From a virus (Duplodnaviria; Caudoviricetes): a stretch of 64,000 bases of DNA. Made by a program: the position numbers and the translations under genes. This document shows, in pieces, positions 38,308 to 47,231 of this stretch; positions within the stretch are counted from its first letter, which is position 1, and every line of letters starts with the position of its first letter. The notes beneath the pieces were generated by a model that was not told the origin of the DNA, ran no database searches, and was given only the letters and a program-made list of their open reading frames with translations. The stretch is taken from positions 167,715 through 231,714 of the IMG/VR virus record IMGVR_UViG_3300009031_000368; one strand, given 5' to 3'.

Positions 38308-38720
38308 AACTTACCGTTCTCTTTCTCCTGTGCAATTGATTGCGTCACTTCACTGTTTGCATCTCTGTATTCCTGTCGCAACGATTCAACACAATGCTCC
38401 CAATAGTTACGCTTATGTTCTGACAACTCAGACAAGTCAACAGGAATTTCTGGATGATCCAATAGTACATCATCCAGATTGCATGTTACCAGCTTTACCT
38501 TGTATCCTTTCGTAGTTATTTTTACACCTGTAATACTGTACTGCTTGCCGCGCTTTTCTGGATCATGAATCAATTGCTGATAACAGCCGTCATAGTAACC
38601 TGGCTGTCGCTCAACGAAATAGATATCTTCACTTCCGACTACAACTGGTAACTGGCCGGTTGGATCTTCGCGCTTTAACATTTCAATCAATTCATCGGTG
38701 GTCATTTCGTAACTCCTCAC
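38304..38720 (-). CDS. hypothetical protein
   Basis: ORF in operon. Confidence 0.6.
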   Translation of the reverse strand: MRSYEMTTDELIEMLKREDPTGQLPVVVGSEDIYFVERQPGYYDGCYQQLIHDPEKRGKQYSITGVKITTKGYKVKLVTCNLDDVLLDHPEIPVDLSELSEHKRNYWEHCVESLRQEYRDANSEVTQSIAQEKENGKL

Positions 38721-39150
38721 GTACCAGCATTAAAATCCTGCCAAGCATATTGGATCCAGAACCATCACCACCATCGCCCCAATACCTGTCACGTTCAGTA
38801 TGTTCAACAAGTCGTTTGTTGCCGGTCGATAGTAGAATTTGCTTCAACGCTGGATGCTGCTTGAACTTAGCCAACACTATATCATACATGACTGAATCTT
38901 TAACCTGTTCCCAATCTGGACGCAACGGTCTATCGTGACTTCTTCCCATCCTGGCAGCTTCACTTGGAGTTACAGCATTCAGAATGTCGGATTCATGGCA
39001 TGTTCCGGCAAACTTTTGAGCCTGAAAGTAGTGTTCACTGGTCGGCCAAATTGTTCCATTGATGTTTATGTCGCATCGGTAGAAGTTTGAAAAGCATCCA
39101 TACCGGCCATATGTACCATAAAACCAAATTTCATCTTCTGGCTGTTTCAT
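38692..39150 (-). CDS. NADAR (YbiA-like) ADP-ribosyl/N-glycosyl hydrolase
   Basis: FSNFY, WPTSEHYFQAQKF, RPDWEQVK, AKFKQH, LVEH...DRYWG...NMLGRILM.VR. Confidence 0.95.
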   Translation of the reverse strand: MKQPEDEIWFYGTYGRYGCFSNFYRCDININGTIWPTSEHYFQAQKFAGTCHESDILNAVTPSEAARMGRSHDRPLRPDWEQVKDSVMYDIVLAKFKQHPALKQILLSTGNKRLVEHTERDRYWGDGGDGSGSNMLGRILMLVREELRNDHR

Positions 39151-39158
39151 TGATTCAC

Positions 39159-39353
39159 TTAGAACATATCAATAAATGTTGGCAACAATCGGCTCAATGC
39201 CGACGCCACAATACCTATAGCTATTATCACGATTACAACAAAAGCGATTGATGCCGTCTCGAACTGCTCTTTATCAAACATGTCGATCCTCCTAATGGCT
39301 GGACAGAAATTCTGCCAGATCGTCATAGCAACCACACAAGACAGTCTTATCAT
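39159..39353 (-). CDS. small membrane protein
   Basis: Single TM; start probably MFDKEQ. Confidence 0.5.
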   Translation of the reverse strand: MIRLSCVVAMTIWQNFCPAIRRIDMFDKEQFETASIAFVVIVIIAIGIVASALSRLLPTFIDMF

Positions 39354-39759
39354 CTATCGTTACACTTATAGGCCAATCTGATTCAATGTCGGCCACAACC
39401 GTTTTAGTGTTTGGCCCTAACACATATTCCAGTTCCTTAAAAGTCACAGGCTCAACAAGTACATCAATACTGTAACCAGGTCCATAAACGTTATAACATA
39501 CTGATGTCTCTGAATATCGGCTTGCCACGATATTGAATCCACGATATTTTAGATCTGAAGCTTCGTTGGGATAAAACAGTATCCGCATGCTGCCAAGTGT
39601 ATCGTGATCAAATCGACGTCGAAGTGATGCAAAGAAATCATTCGGGCGACATACCGGATTTTCGTGTCTTACCTTTTCGTATCGTTGAAGAGACTCGATT
39701 ACAGACTGAACGGCTTCAGCTAACATGATTATTCCAATCGGATTAGATTTTTGCGACAC
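39292..39759 (-). CDS. hypothetical protein
   Basis: Start probably MLAEAVQ. Confidence 0.55.
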   Translation of the reverse strand: MSQKSNPIGIIMLAEAVQSVIESLQRYEKVRHENPVCRPNDFFASLRRRFDHDTLGSMRILFYPNEASDLKYRGFNIVASRYSETSVCYNVYGPGYSIDVLVEPVTFKELEYVLGPNTKTVVADIESDWPISVTIDDKTVLCGCYDDLAEFLSSH

Positions 39760-39950
39760 CAGTGGATTGTTTTTTCTTGTATGAAGTCGGTTTGATTACG
39801 GATCGTAACACTATCGTCACCTACCGATATAACTTCATAGAAGTATGTCCTGTTATCCGTTTTGAGCACGTAGCGTCCTGGCTCAATTACCACATGTGCA
39901 TATTTGGCTTGCTCTTCAAAGTATCGCTTTTGTCCAGGCGTCATCGTCAT
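39729..39950 (-). CDS. hypothetical protein
   Basis: AAGGA RBS. Confidence 0.6.
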   Translation of the reverse strand: MTMTPGQKRYFEEQAKYAHVVIEPGRYVLKTDNRTYFYEVISVGDDSVTIRNQTDFIQEKTIHWCRKNLIRLE

Positions 39951-39976
39951 TGTCCTTGTCCTTAAAGTGTATACAG

Positions 39977-40053
39977 TCCGGGATATTGGGCTCGAACCAA
40001 TATGTAACCAATTACGCTTTCTACTGGTTATAGGCCAGAGGCGATAATCCCGG
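39977..40053 (-). ncRNA. non-canonical tRNA-like RNA, UAU anticodon, no normal D-arm
   Basis: Acceptor stem CCGGGAT/ATCCCGG+A; T-arm ATTGG-TTCGAGC-CCAAT; CTGG-CCTATAA-CCAG arm; extra hairpin GTAA-TTGG-TTAC. Confidence 0.75.
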
Positions 40054-40073
40054 ATAAAACAAATTATCTGGTT

Positions 40074-40304
40074 TCAATTGAACAACCGACGAAACACTTT
40101 AACCAGTTCTGCCTTGTCGACCTCTATTACACGATTCCTATGCAATGAGATCTTGACATGATTCGATTCATCATCAACCGTAAATGATAGCTCGTTGAAC
40201 AATTCATCAAATTCATCGTAACCGGCACCATCCTCGATCTCATCACGCTTGCTGTCATGCTCTATTTCAATTGTCGCCGATGTTTTCATCATTCTCTCCA
40301 TCAC
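40074..40304 (-). CDS. hypothetical protein
   Basis: Acidic ORF. Confidence 0.55.
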   Translation of the reverse strand: MMERMMKTSATIEIEHDSKRDEIEDGAGYDEFDELFNELSFTVDDESNHVKISLHRNRVIEVDKAELVKVFRRLFN

Positions 40305-40761
40305 CAGTTAACGGTGCCGGCTCACCATACTTTTCTTTGGCCGCATTATAACCAAACGCCCAACGTTCAATTAGATCTGGTTCACTGTATGGAATAATTG
40401 TGGCGGCTTGTGATGCCGGATCAATCATAAAATCCAGCCAAGCTTCTTCGCCGACCTGTTCTGGCGCTAGCTCTTCATTATCACAATAATCATCCGGGCT
40501 ATCGTAATCTGACGGATACTCCATTTTAGGCAGCGTGGGCGCTACAGTGGCGTTCCATTCATCCCATGACATATATTGACCAAGATGGAATGTCCGATAT
40601 CCAGAGTAGTTCAGCTCCATTTCATGTGCAAACTTAAATACAAATTCCGGAATAGCATCACGTTTTAGGCATTCAGTACAATACGCGACCGACATCGCTA
40701 TTGCTGGAATAGCCGCGACACGAATGCCTTCATCGTTATGGCAAACTTCACACATTGGCAT
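40267..40761 (-). CDS. acidic hypothetical protein with CxxC pairs
   Basis: CEVC...CTEC. Confidence 0.6.
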   Translation of the reverse strand: MPMCEVCHNDEGIRVAAIPAIAMSVAYCTECLKRDAIPEFVFKFAHEMELNYSGYRTFHLGQYMSWDEWNATVAPTLPKMEYPSDYDSPDDYCDNEELAPEQVGEEAWLDFMIDPASQAATIIPYSEPDLIERWAFGYNAAKEKYGEPAPLTGDGENDENIGDN

Positions 40762-40990
40762 TTAACGTATCCTCATCCGATAGGTACTGCAATTGATCTT
40801 CTGTGAGAATGGAAAGAACTGGTTTCAGGTCAACTTCAAGTCGATCGCAAAGCTGACCAAACGTTTCGGCACAATAACAGCGCAATGCCGCTTTGGCGAT
40901 TTTAAGCAAGATATCTTGATCGATTTTTGGTTCCATGATTGTCACACCTAAATATTTCTCACATAATGTCATGAAACCAAAAATCGTCAA
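40748..40990 (-). CDS. hypothetical protein
   Basis: ORF in gene string. Confidence 0.5.
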   Translation of the reverse strand: MTIFGFMTLCEKYLGVTIMEPKIDQDILLKIAKAALRCYCAETFGQLCDRLEVDLKPVLSILTEDQLQYLSDEDTLNANV

Positions 40991-40999
40991 GCTAATTTA

Positions 41000-41302
41000 T
41001 TATGCGGCAGGTTCAGTTGCAACGATAGTAGCCTTGGACAGATTACGGAACCGGCCATTCCTGAGATGTAGCTGGGAACGAGACACATCGTTCAGCTGTT
41101 CGCTATCACGCCGCGCCAGCAACGCCGACACCAGCTTAACACTGATGTGCGAAACGACATACTCGGTCACATCAACATCAAAACTTTCCTTGCTCGGCCC
41201 GACGAAAGACTTCACATCGTTCCGTAGCCCGGAAAGACTGCTGGCAAGAAATTCCTTACCGGCATGCTCACCATCAACAACGCTTCCATGAAATAACTTC
41301 AT
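41000..41302 (-). CDS. hypothetical protein
   Basis: GGAG RBS. Confidence 0.6.
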   Translation of the reverse strand: MKLFHGSVVDGEHAGKEFLASSLSGLRNDVKSFVGPSKESFDVDVTEYVVSHISVKLVSALLARRDSEQLNDVSRSQLHLRNGRFRNLSKATIVATEPAA

Positions 41303-41309
41303 TCTGTCA

Positions 41310-41726
41310 TTACTCCTTTTGTTTATAGTTCAGCAGATCATTAATTAACCTGACGTATCTGGCAATAGCTGTTGCGTCTAACCTTAACGCATACCTGGCC
41401 ATCGCCGATCCATCTCTAGAATCCCACAGCGTTCCAGCAAGCAGGAACTGATTCCACTTGTTGGATTCAGCCGAAAGACATCTGACAAATGTGTCGTCAT
41501 CAATATCAACCAGAGCCCCATGTCGTGATTCAGTTTCTACGCTGAAATGGTTCGACATACAGAGCATCGATTCCAATACTGCAACCTGATCGAAATATCG
41601 GATTGAAGCTGTGAATAAATCACCACCATTACATCCATCAATAAAAGCTTCCCGACCACTACGATACGATGCCCCTAATGAATCAATCCGCTCAATAAAA
41701 CGCTGTGCAATTGATTGCTGTTCCAT
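41310..41726 (-). CDS. hypothetical protein
   Basis: GGAG RBS inside a hairpin; TATAAT upstream. Confidence 0.65.
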   Translation of the reverse strand: MEQQSIAQRFIERIDSLGASYRSGREAFIDGCNGGDLFTASIRYFDQVAVLESMLCMSNHFSVETESRHGALVDIDDDTFVRCLSAESNKWNQFLLAGTLWDSRDGSAMARYALRLDATAIARYVRLINDLLNYKQKE

Positions 41727-41805
41727 AGTTGCTCCATCATGTTAAGACGACATGGGAGCATTATATCACGCTGATTTGATTTGTAATCGAGATTTGGATA
41801 GAAAA

Positions 41806-42897
41806 TTATAACTGGACGCCCATGCGGGATTCTGATACGAAGAATTGATACATCTTTACACTGCCGCCATCCGGCCACTTCATTATTTTGTCTTCAATGA
41901 ACCAAACATTAAATCCGCCACGTCGGCCCAATGTAGCACCTAGCTTTTGTGATGAAAGCCAAACCACAAACCCAGGAATGGTGCGGCCATGAACTTCTAG
42001 TGTTGCCAATTCGACGTCGGACGGCACATCAGAAAAATCATTTGAGAATTCCTGAATCCATTCAATCTTTTTTCGCCTATCGACTGCACCAAGTTGATAT
42101 CTGGTGCCATCTACAACCTGATATACCTGCTCGACCGGTTTATCGATCGTTAATCGCCTGTTTTCTTTTGGCTTGGCGCTTATGGCAGCAGATAACACAT
42201 TAGCAATTACGCCCCATACACCAATCTCCTTTTCCCGCATATCTCTTGAAGATATCTGCTTGGCTGATTCGAGATGATCAGTGGCAACCTTCAGCGCGAC
42301 AGCCAGAATCATACCGTTTGACTTATTCTGTCTGATTCGATAAATCAAATTGGCGACGGATTCCCGATGTTCAGGATACCAATCCATGGGAATTTGAGCA
42401 TAGATATCTTCAAGCTTTGAGACAACATGCTGCACCATTGGATCTGCAACAGCTTCCGTTACTTGCTTTCTGGCCTGTCCGGAAAGTCGCAAATACCTTG
42501 CATATTCCCGTTTAGACAAAGGCTTGCGCTTTCCACCAATGGTGCCACCAACCAACTTGTCGTTTAGGCTTTTGAATTCATTCTCTTCATCACCGGAAAG
42601 CGCCTCCACGATATCGGACAACACATCATTGATAGATTCAATTGTCAAGGGAATTATTTCCAGAACTTGACGTGATGTCCCGGCCTTAAGCTGTTTTACA
42701 CGAACATCAATATTCGATTCAGCAATTGCCGCTTTGATGTATGCTGCAAACTCTTTCAAATCATTCTGAAATCCAGCAACATCAATTATCACCGAATTGC
42801 CATCTTGCTTTATCTGATTAATGATCCCGAATCCAAAGCCTTCAACACGAAGTCGGCCTGGTTCCAGTATGCTTCTAACGATTGGTTCTAGCGTCAT
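41806..42897 (-). CDS. hypothetical protein
   Basis: 363-aa ORF; AGGAG RBS. Confidence 0.75.
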   Translation of the reverse strand: MTLEPIVRSILEPGRLRVEGFGFGIINQIKQDGNSVIIDVAGFQNDLKEFAAYIKAAIAESNIDVRVKQLKAGTSRQVLEIIPLTIESINDVLSDIVEALSGDEENEFKSLNDKLVGGTIGGKRKPLSKREYARYLRLSGQARKQVTEAVADPMVQHVVSKLEDIYAQIPMDWYPEHRESVANLIYRIRQNKSNGMILAVALKVATDHLESAKQISSRDMREKEIGVWGVIANVLSAAISAKPKENRRLTIDKPVEQVYQVVDGTRYQLGAVDRRKKIEWIQEFSNDFSDVPSDVELATLEVHGRTIPGFVVWLSSQKLGATLGRRGGFNVWFIEDKIMKWPDGGSVKMYQFFVSESRMGVQL

Positions 42898-42940
42898 AAC
42901 GATTATACTCCTAAGTTAGTTATCAGCTAGAATTATATGT

Positions 42941-42981
42941 AAAACAAAAATGGCCATGATGCATTCCTACACCACAGCCAT
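42941..42981 (-). terminator. intrinsic terminator
   Basis: 14-bp stem (with GU pairs), GGAA loop, followed by TTTTGTTTT. Confidence 0.8.
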
Positions 42982-43016
42982 TTCGTTCAGCTTGCCTATG
43001 TCATATAAGAAAGATA

Positions 43017-44600
43017 TCACACGTTAACGATATTGTCTATATGAGATTGACACACTGATTCCATCAAATCAGTTTCATTAAATCCAACATACGTCAAAAG
43101 CTCTTTTGTCGATTCAGGCATGCAGGCAACCGTTAGTCCGGTCTGGTGATAAAATTGAGCATTCAATTGCCAAACTGATTTTGAAAATGCAAGCGCCTTA
43201 CCGGGTGAGATACTGACACGACGGCTGACATCAACGTATGGAAAACAGTATGGAGCACGCACAATTTTGCCGTCAGGCAATCTGACAACCAATCCGCCTT
43301 CCCGTGATCCAATAAGAAAATCCCGACAATCAGCGATATCGGTAACCTGTTCGGTTTTTGTCGCCAAGTGCTCGATTCGTTTAACGGTGATGCGTTCCGG
43401 CAACATCGTTGTTACATCTTTCATCGTCTGCCCGGTTGCAACATCATCATCAAACAAAATATACTCGCCAGATGGGATTGAATCAATCTGATTTGCGATT
43501 GATGGGCTTCCGGGGCGATTCATCATGCCTGTTCTGACACTATCCGAAACATCAAAACATCGACTCAACTTTAGATTGAATTCCATCGGGATACATGGAT
43601 CCAAGCTAATTGATTGCTTGTCCTGTGTTTTTATCAGTGCAATCAATTGCTGCTGTCGTACTTGATTGACTGAAACATCGCATTTCTTAAAACAATCGGT
43701 TATTGCCATGCTCAACAAATGTTTAAAACGAGGATACCTGAATGGACGTTTGGGAAAATGTGCCACAGCCCATTCACCTTCGTCGCGCAATACGATTTTA
43801 GCTTGAGACTCTGGCTCTTTCATCTTTCGATACATATCAACAATTGATGAAGGAATTGAACTCAATTCACCGTGTCTTACATCGGTCGATGATGCACCGA
43901 CATCAGACATTGTCCACATGATACGATTTGTTGCCAGCCGTGGATCGTTGCGATACTGTTCATAACAAACACCGTATCCTGGACGGCCAACCACTATGCA
44001 ATGCTCCATTGATTGAAACGTCAATGCAAGCCTTGCATTATCACTACCACACACATAAATGATGGTAATGTCTTGATTGACATGATATTCCAGGTATCGC
44101 TTTAGATGGATGATGACGTCGGTAAAGTTTACCGCACAACCAGCCACCAGAGCCTCCCACCTGTCTACCATAAGCCAATCGGAACCCTTTACAGATTCTT
44201 CGCACAGCGCGATACGTTGTTCAGCGTTTAATACATCCGGTCCGACCTTGGTATCAATATATTCATCATGACCAGGTGAAATGTATCCGCCTACGATGTT
44301 GTATCCGTTTGATTCTGCACATCGTTTCGCGACTTCCATTGCGGCAAGATGTCCGGTATGGATTGGACAAAATGCTCCAGTGGTTAACAATACGGCAGGA
44401 TTAATAGGATTGCTGGCTAGATTTCTAACAATCTTTCCGACAGGTGAACACATGAACCATGGTTCAGTGATTGATTTATTGATTGTTGATGAATCTTCAA
44501 AGAATCCAGCTTCATTTACCTGATCAAAGCTTGATGTCTTGTTGTAAATGTCACCGTAATATGGATCGCGCTGAATTTTCCAAAGATTCATTTGTTTCAC
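43017..44600 (-). CDS. NMN/NaMN adenylyltransferase (NadD/NMNAT-like) fused to a type I phosphoribosyltransferase domain
   Basis: TGAFCPIHTGH (HxGH), GGYISP, VDRWE, CGSD, SSTDVR; later ILFDDDVATGQT (PRPP loop). Confidence 0.85.
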   Translation of the reverse strand: MKQMNLWKIQRDPYYGDIYNKTSSFDQVNEAGFFEDSSTINKSITEPWFMCSPVGKIVRNLASNPINPAVLLTTGAFCPIHTGHLAAMEVAKRCAESNGYNIVGGYISPGHDEYIDTKVGPDVLNAEQRIALCEESVKGSDWLMVDRWEALVAGCAVNFTDVIIHLKRYLEYHVNQDITIIYVCGSDNARLALTFQSMEHCIVVGRPGYGVCYEQYRNDPRLATNRIMWTMSDVGASSTDVRHGELSSIPSSIVDMYRKMKEPESQAKIVLRDEGEWAVAHFPKRPFRYPRFKHLLSMAITDCFKKCDVSVNQVRQQQLIALIKTQDKQSISLDPCIPMEFNLKLSRCFDVSDSVRTGMMNRPGSPSIANQIDSIPSGEYILFDDDVATGQTMKDVTTMLPERITVKRIEHLATKTEQVTDIADCRDFLIGSREGGLVVRLPDGKIVRAPYCFPYVDVSRRVSISPGKALAFSKSVWQLNAQFYHQTGLTVACMPESTKELLTYVGFNETDLMESVCQSHIDNIVNV

Positions 44601-45082
44601 TCAATCACAATAACATTCTTGACCGTTTTAGTACCATGAAATTCAATTTCTGCCCAACTTGGTAAAACGCCAATAACTGATCCAACTTGATAAAACTGGA
44701 TTATCTCTGTGCCGTCAAGCTCAACAGCTTTTACATACCATCCATCAGGGTACCCACCATCATATGACGGTCCTCCACCCTGAAGATTCGTATACGTTAT
44801 CACGTAACGTTTCCGTGCTCGTGATTCGTCATATGCATTAGTATTGAGCGTAAACTCTTTTGACTTTTCGACTCGCCAGCCATCTTCGTCTGTGTATTTC
44901 TTGTACTTCCTCCATGTATAATTGAGGCCGCGAATTCCAACCCAGACGATGTCGGTTGACAACACATAATCGCCATCTGGTTCTTTTACAGTATCGTATC
45001 GTCCGTACGCAAATAAGCTGCAAGAAATTACATCGCCAACCACTACACGCCGTTCTCTTGCGTAAGCCATAACAGTGTCCAT
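44597..45082 (-). CDS. hypothetical protein
   Basis: Coupled to the NMNAT gene. Confidence 0.65.
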   Translation of the reverse strand: MDTVMAYARERRVVVGDVISCSLFAYGRYDTVKEPDGDYVLSTDIVWVGIRGLNYTWRKYKKYTDEDGWRVEKSKEFTLNTNAYDESRARKRYVITYTNLQGGGPSYDGGYPDGWYVKAVELDGTEIIQFYQVGSVIGVLPSWAEIEFHGTKTVKNVIVIE

Positions 45083-45143
45083 GATAGGTTTCTCCTTTTG
45101 GTCGTTAAAATATCACAAGTTACGGGAATGTCATGATGATTTT

Positions 45144-46244
45144 CTAAAGGCTGGCGAGAAAACCGGACACCCGATCCGCAATCGCTGTATTGCCCCACCG
45201 GCCATGTTCCTGCCTGACTGCAAGTTCATACCTGCTGTTACAACTACATGTTACATATGGGATATCTGAAACATCGCGGCTATATAGGTATCGCTCAATG
45301 TTGGCGATTCTAACATCCCGACACGTCATGCAACTAATTGCGCATTCCGAGTCTGGATTGATTGATGGTTTCAATTCAGACGTATTGACCATAACTTCCA
45401 GACCATATCGGTGCGTGATGCGGAGAATCTCTTCAACCGTTTGAATCCACGCAACACCATATAGCCCCATTCTGTGAAGTACCGCGCAAGTCGTATTGGG
45501 AGCAACACGATTCGGACATAGGGTGATATACGTTACGCCTAGACGCTTCAGGTACTCAACCGAGTCTTCAACGTCATCGATAGTTTCTGACTCCGTCACA
45601 AATGGCGGTTTAATCATCAAAAACGCAAGCGGGATATAGTTGTGCTCAAGCAATATTTTTGTCGTCGATTCAAAAGCATGTTTGGTACATGTGGTATTGA
45701 TGGCAATGTTTCTAATGTCATCATTGGCCGATTGAAAACCCATAAACACGCCAAGCCGGACATCGCCGAGGATGCCCTTTACATGGTCAAGCTTTTCAGC
45801 AGTCACATATTGAGGGAGTGACTCAACTACAGCGTAGTTGGCACCAAGCTGTCGGATCCGCTTGAACATATGATCGCGTGCTTCTGGTGAAGTTTCCGCA
45901 TCATTAAAAAAGTTACCATTACAAAATAGCGTAACCATGTCGTAACTGTTTACATCACCGATAAAAGATGATTCAAACTGATTGATGAGATTATCGGTTT
46001 CAATGCCTGGTAGTGCTTCATTTGGGAATGGACACATGGTACACGTTTTTACACGGCATCCACTTGTCAACAGCACGATACGTTTCCTGGTTACCCGTTG
46101 TCCTTCAAATAGGATTGAATCTGACTTATGATGTTGAGGAAGATCCTTCGATACATTGACATCAACGGTAGATGTTCTAAGAGAACGGGTAAATCGTGTA
46201 AGTTCAGATCGAAGGTCCGACATAACTTCATCTCCATCATGCAA
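45144..46244 (-). CDS. RaSEA-like (TIGR01210/archaeosine-lyase family) radical SAM protein
   Basis: LTSGCRVKTCTMC, GNFFND, VVESLPQYV, GFQSANDDIR..IN, FLMIKPPFVTE.E.IDD, C-terminal CxxC...CxC. Confidence 0.8.
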   Translation of the reverse strand: MHDGDEVMSDLRSELTRFTRSLRTSTVDVNVSKDLPQHHKSDSILFEGQRVTRKRIVLLTSGCRVKTCTMCPFPNEALPGIETDNLINQFESSFIGDVNSYDMVTLFCNGNFFNDAETSPEARDHMFKRIRQLGANYAVVESLPQYVTAEKLDHVKGILGDVRLGVFMGFQSANDDIRNIAINTTCTKHAFESTTKILLEHNYIPLAFLMIKPPFVTESETIDDVEDSVEYLKRLGVTYITLCPNRVAPNTTCAVLHRMGLYGVAWIQTVEEILRITHRYGLEVMVNTSELKPSINPDSECAISCMTCRDVRIANIERYLYSRDVSDIPYVTCSCNSRYELAVRQEHGRWGNTAIADRVSGFLASL

Positions 46245-47211
46245 TCAATTGCAGGTTTATTCCTTCCCAACCGCCCGGAACAGTACGCTCCATGATATCA
46301 AAATGAACAGCTGGACTGCCGACACGGTACTTGTGGGCATTCCGCTTATGAATCTTTTCAATGGCTGCAAAATGCGTTCTCAATTCACTTAAAGCATCCG
46401 CACAAAGATAGCATCCGATAAATATCCGTTCAACCTTTGAAGTCATCACCAGTTGATACAATTCAAGATGTTCATACGTTGAGCCGAACATCTGTTCATC
46501 TGTCTGTCCATCCCATACATCACCGGCCGGAACGGCCTGAATGATGGAATCCGGAACGTGGAGATACTTGGCAACTTCGTATACTTCACTTTTATGAATG
46601 TCACTAATCGGTTGAATATCAACCATTGCATCGGATGCCTTACCGAAGAAACCAATATAGGCGCCTTCAGATCGATTTGTGGTCCCGACAACTACCGCGC
46701 AATTATTGCCATTATCTTGAAGCAGTGCGGCAATGTAGTACAGGGCTGGCGTTCTAATAATTGAGCTGATTTGGCCATATGCCCATGCATTCCTGTTTAC
46801 ATGAGAATCTGTACTACCGTGCTCAACCATCGTTGCAATACTATTCAGTCCATGAGACAGGTCTGCCGACCATGGTTTGATGACATCACCATAGATGACG
46901 TTCATCCGATAGATTGCTTCCCCCCCACGTTCCGAAGCAACAGTCTGATTCGATGTGCCGATCCCACTAACCGGCAACCTGGCAGCAACAATCCTTTTAA
47001 TCGGACTACCCGGCTGCTGGCTGGCATGGCCTAGCAGGCCAAGTACAACCGCGCTATCGACTCCACCACTAATGCCAACAACGCAACTGTCGATCCCGCA
47101 TTCAGTGAAGTACTTGTTGATGGCTTTACACTTTTTGTTGACATAAGTGTCAACATCGAATGCGCGCTTGGCTCTGGCTGATTCAAGTAATTTCATTAGT
47201 TGTGGATGCAT
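46237..47211 (-). CDS. nadE: NH3-dependent NAD+ synthetase
   Basis: VVGISGGVDSAVV (PP-loop), GTTNRSE..IGFFGK..D, PISDIHKSEVY, GQTDE; no glutaminase domain. Confidence 0.9.
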   Translation of the reverse strand: MHPQLMKLLESARAKRAFDVDTYVNKKCKAINKYFTECGIDSCVVGISGGVDSAVVLGLLGHASQQPGSPIKRIVAARLPVSGIGTSNQTVASERGGEAIYRMNVIYGDVIKPWSADLSHGLNSIATMVEHGSTDSHVNRNAWAYGQISSIIRTPALYYIAALLQDNGNNCAVVVGTTNRSEGAYIGFFGKASDAMVDIQPISDIHKSEVYEVAKYLHVPDSIIQAVPAGDVWDGQTDEQMFGSTYEHLELYQLVMTSKVERIFIGCYLCADALSELRTHFAAIEKIHKRNAHKYRVGSPAVHFDIMERTVPGGWEGINLQLIA

Positions 47212-47231
47212 ACTGGCTCCATTGCTTTATG

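Noticed and set aside
39977-40053. Canonical tRNA-Ile(UAU)
   Set aside because: It lacks a D-arm and U33, so it is reported as tRNA-like only.
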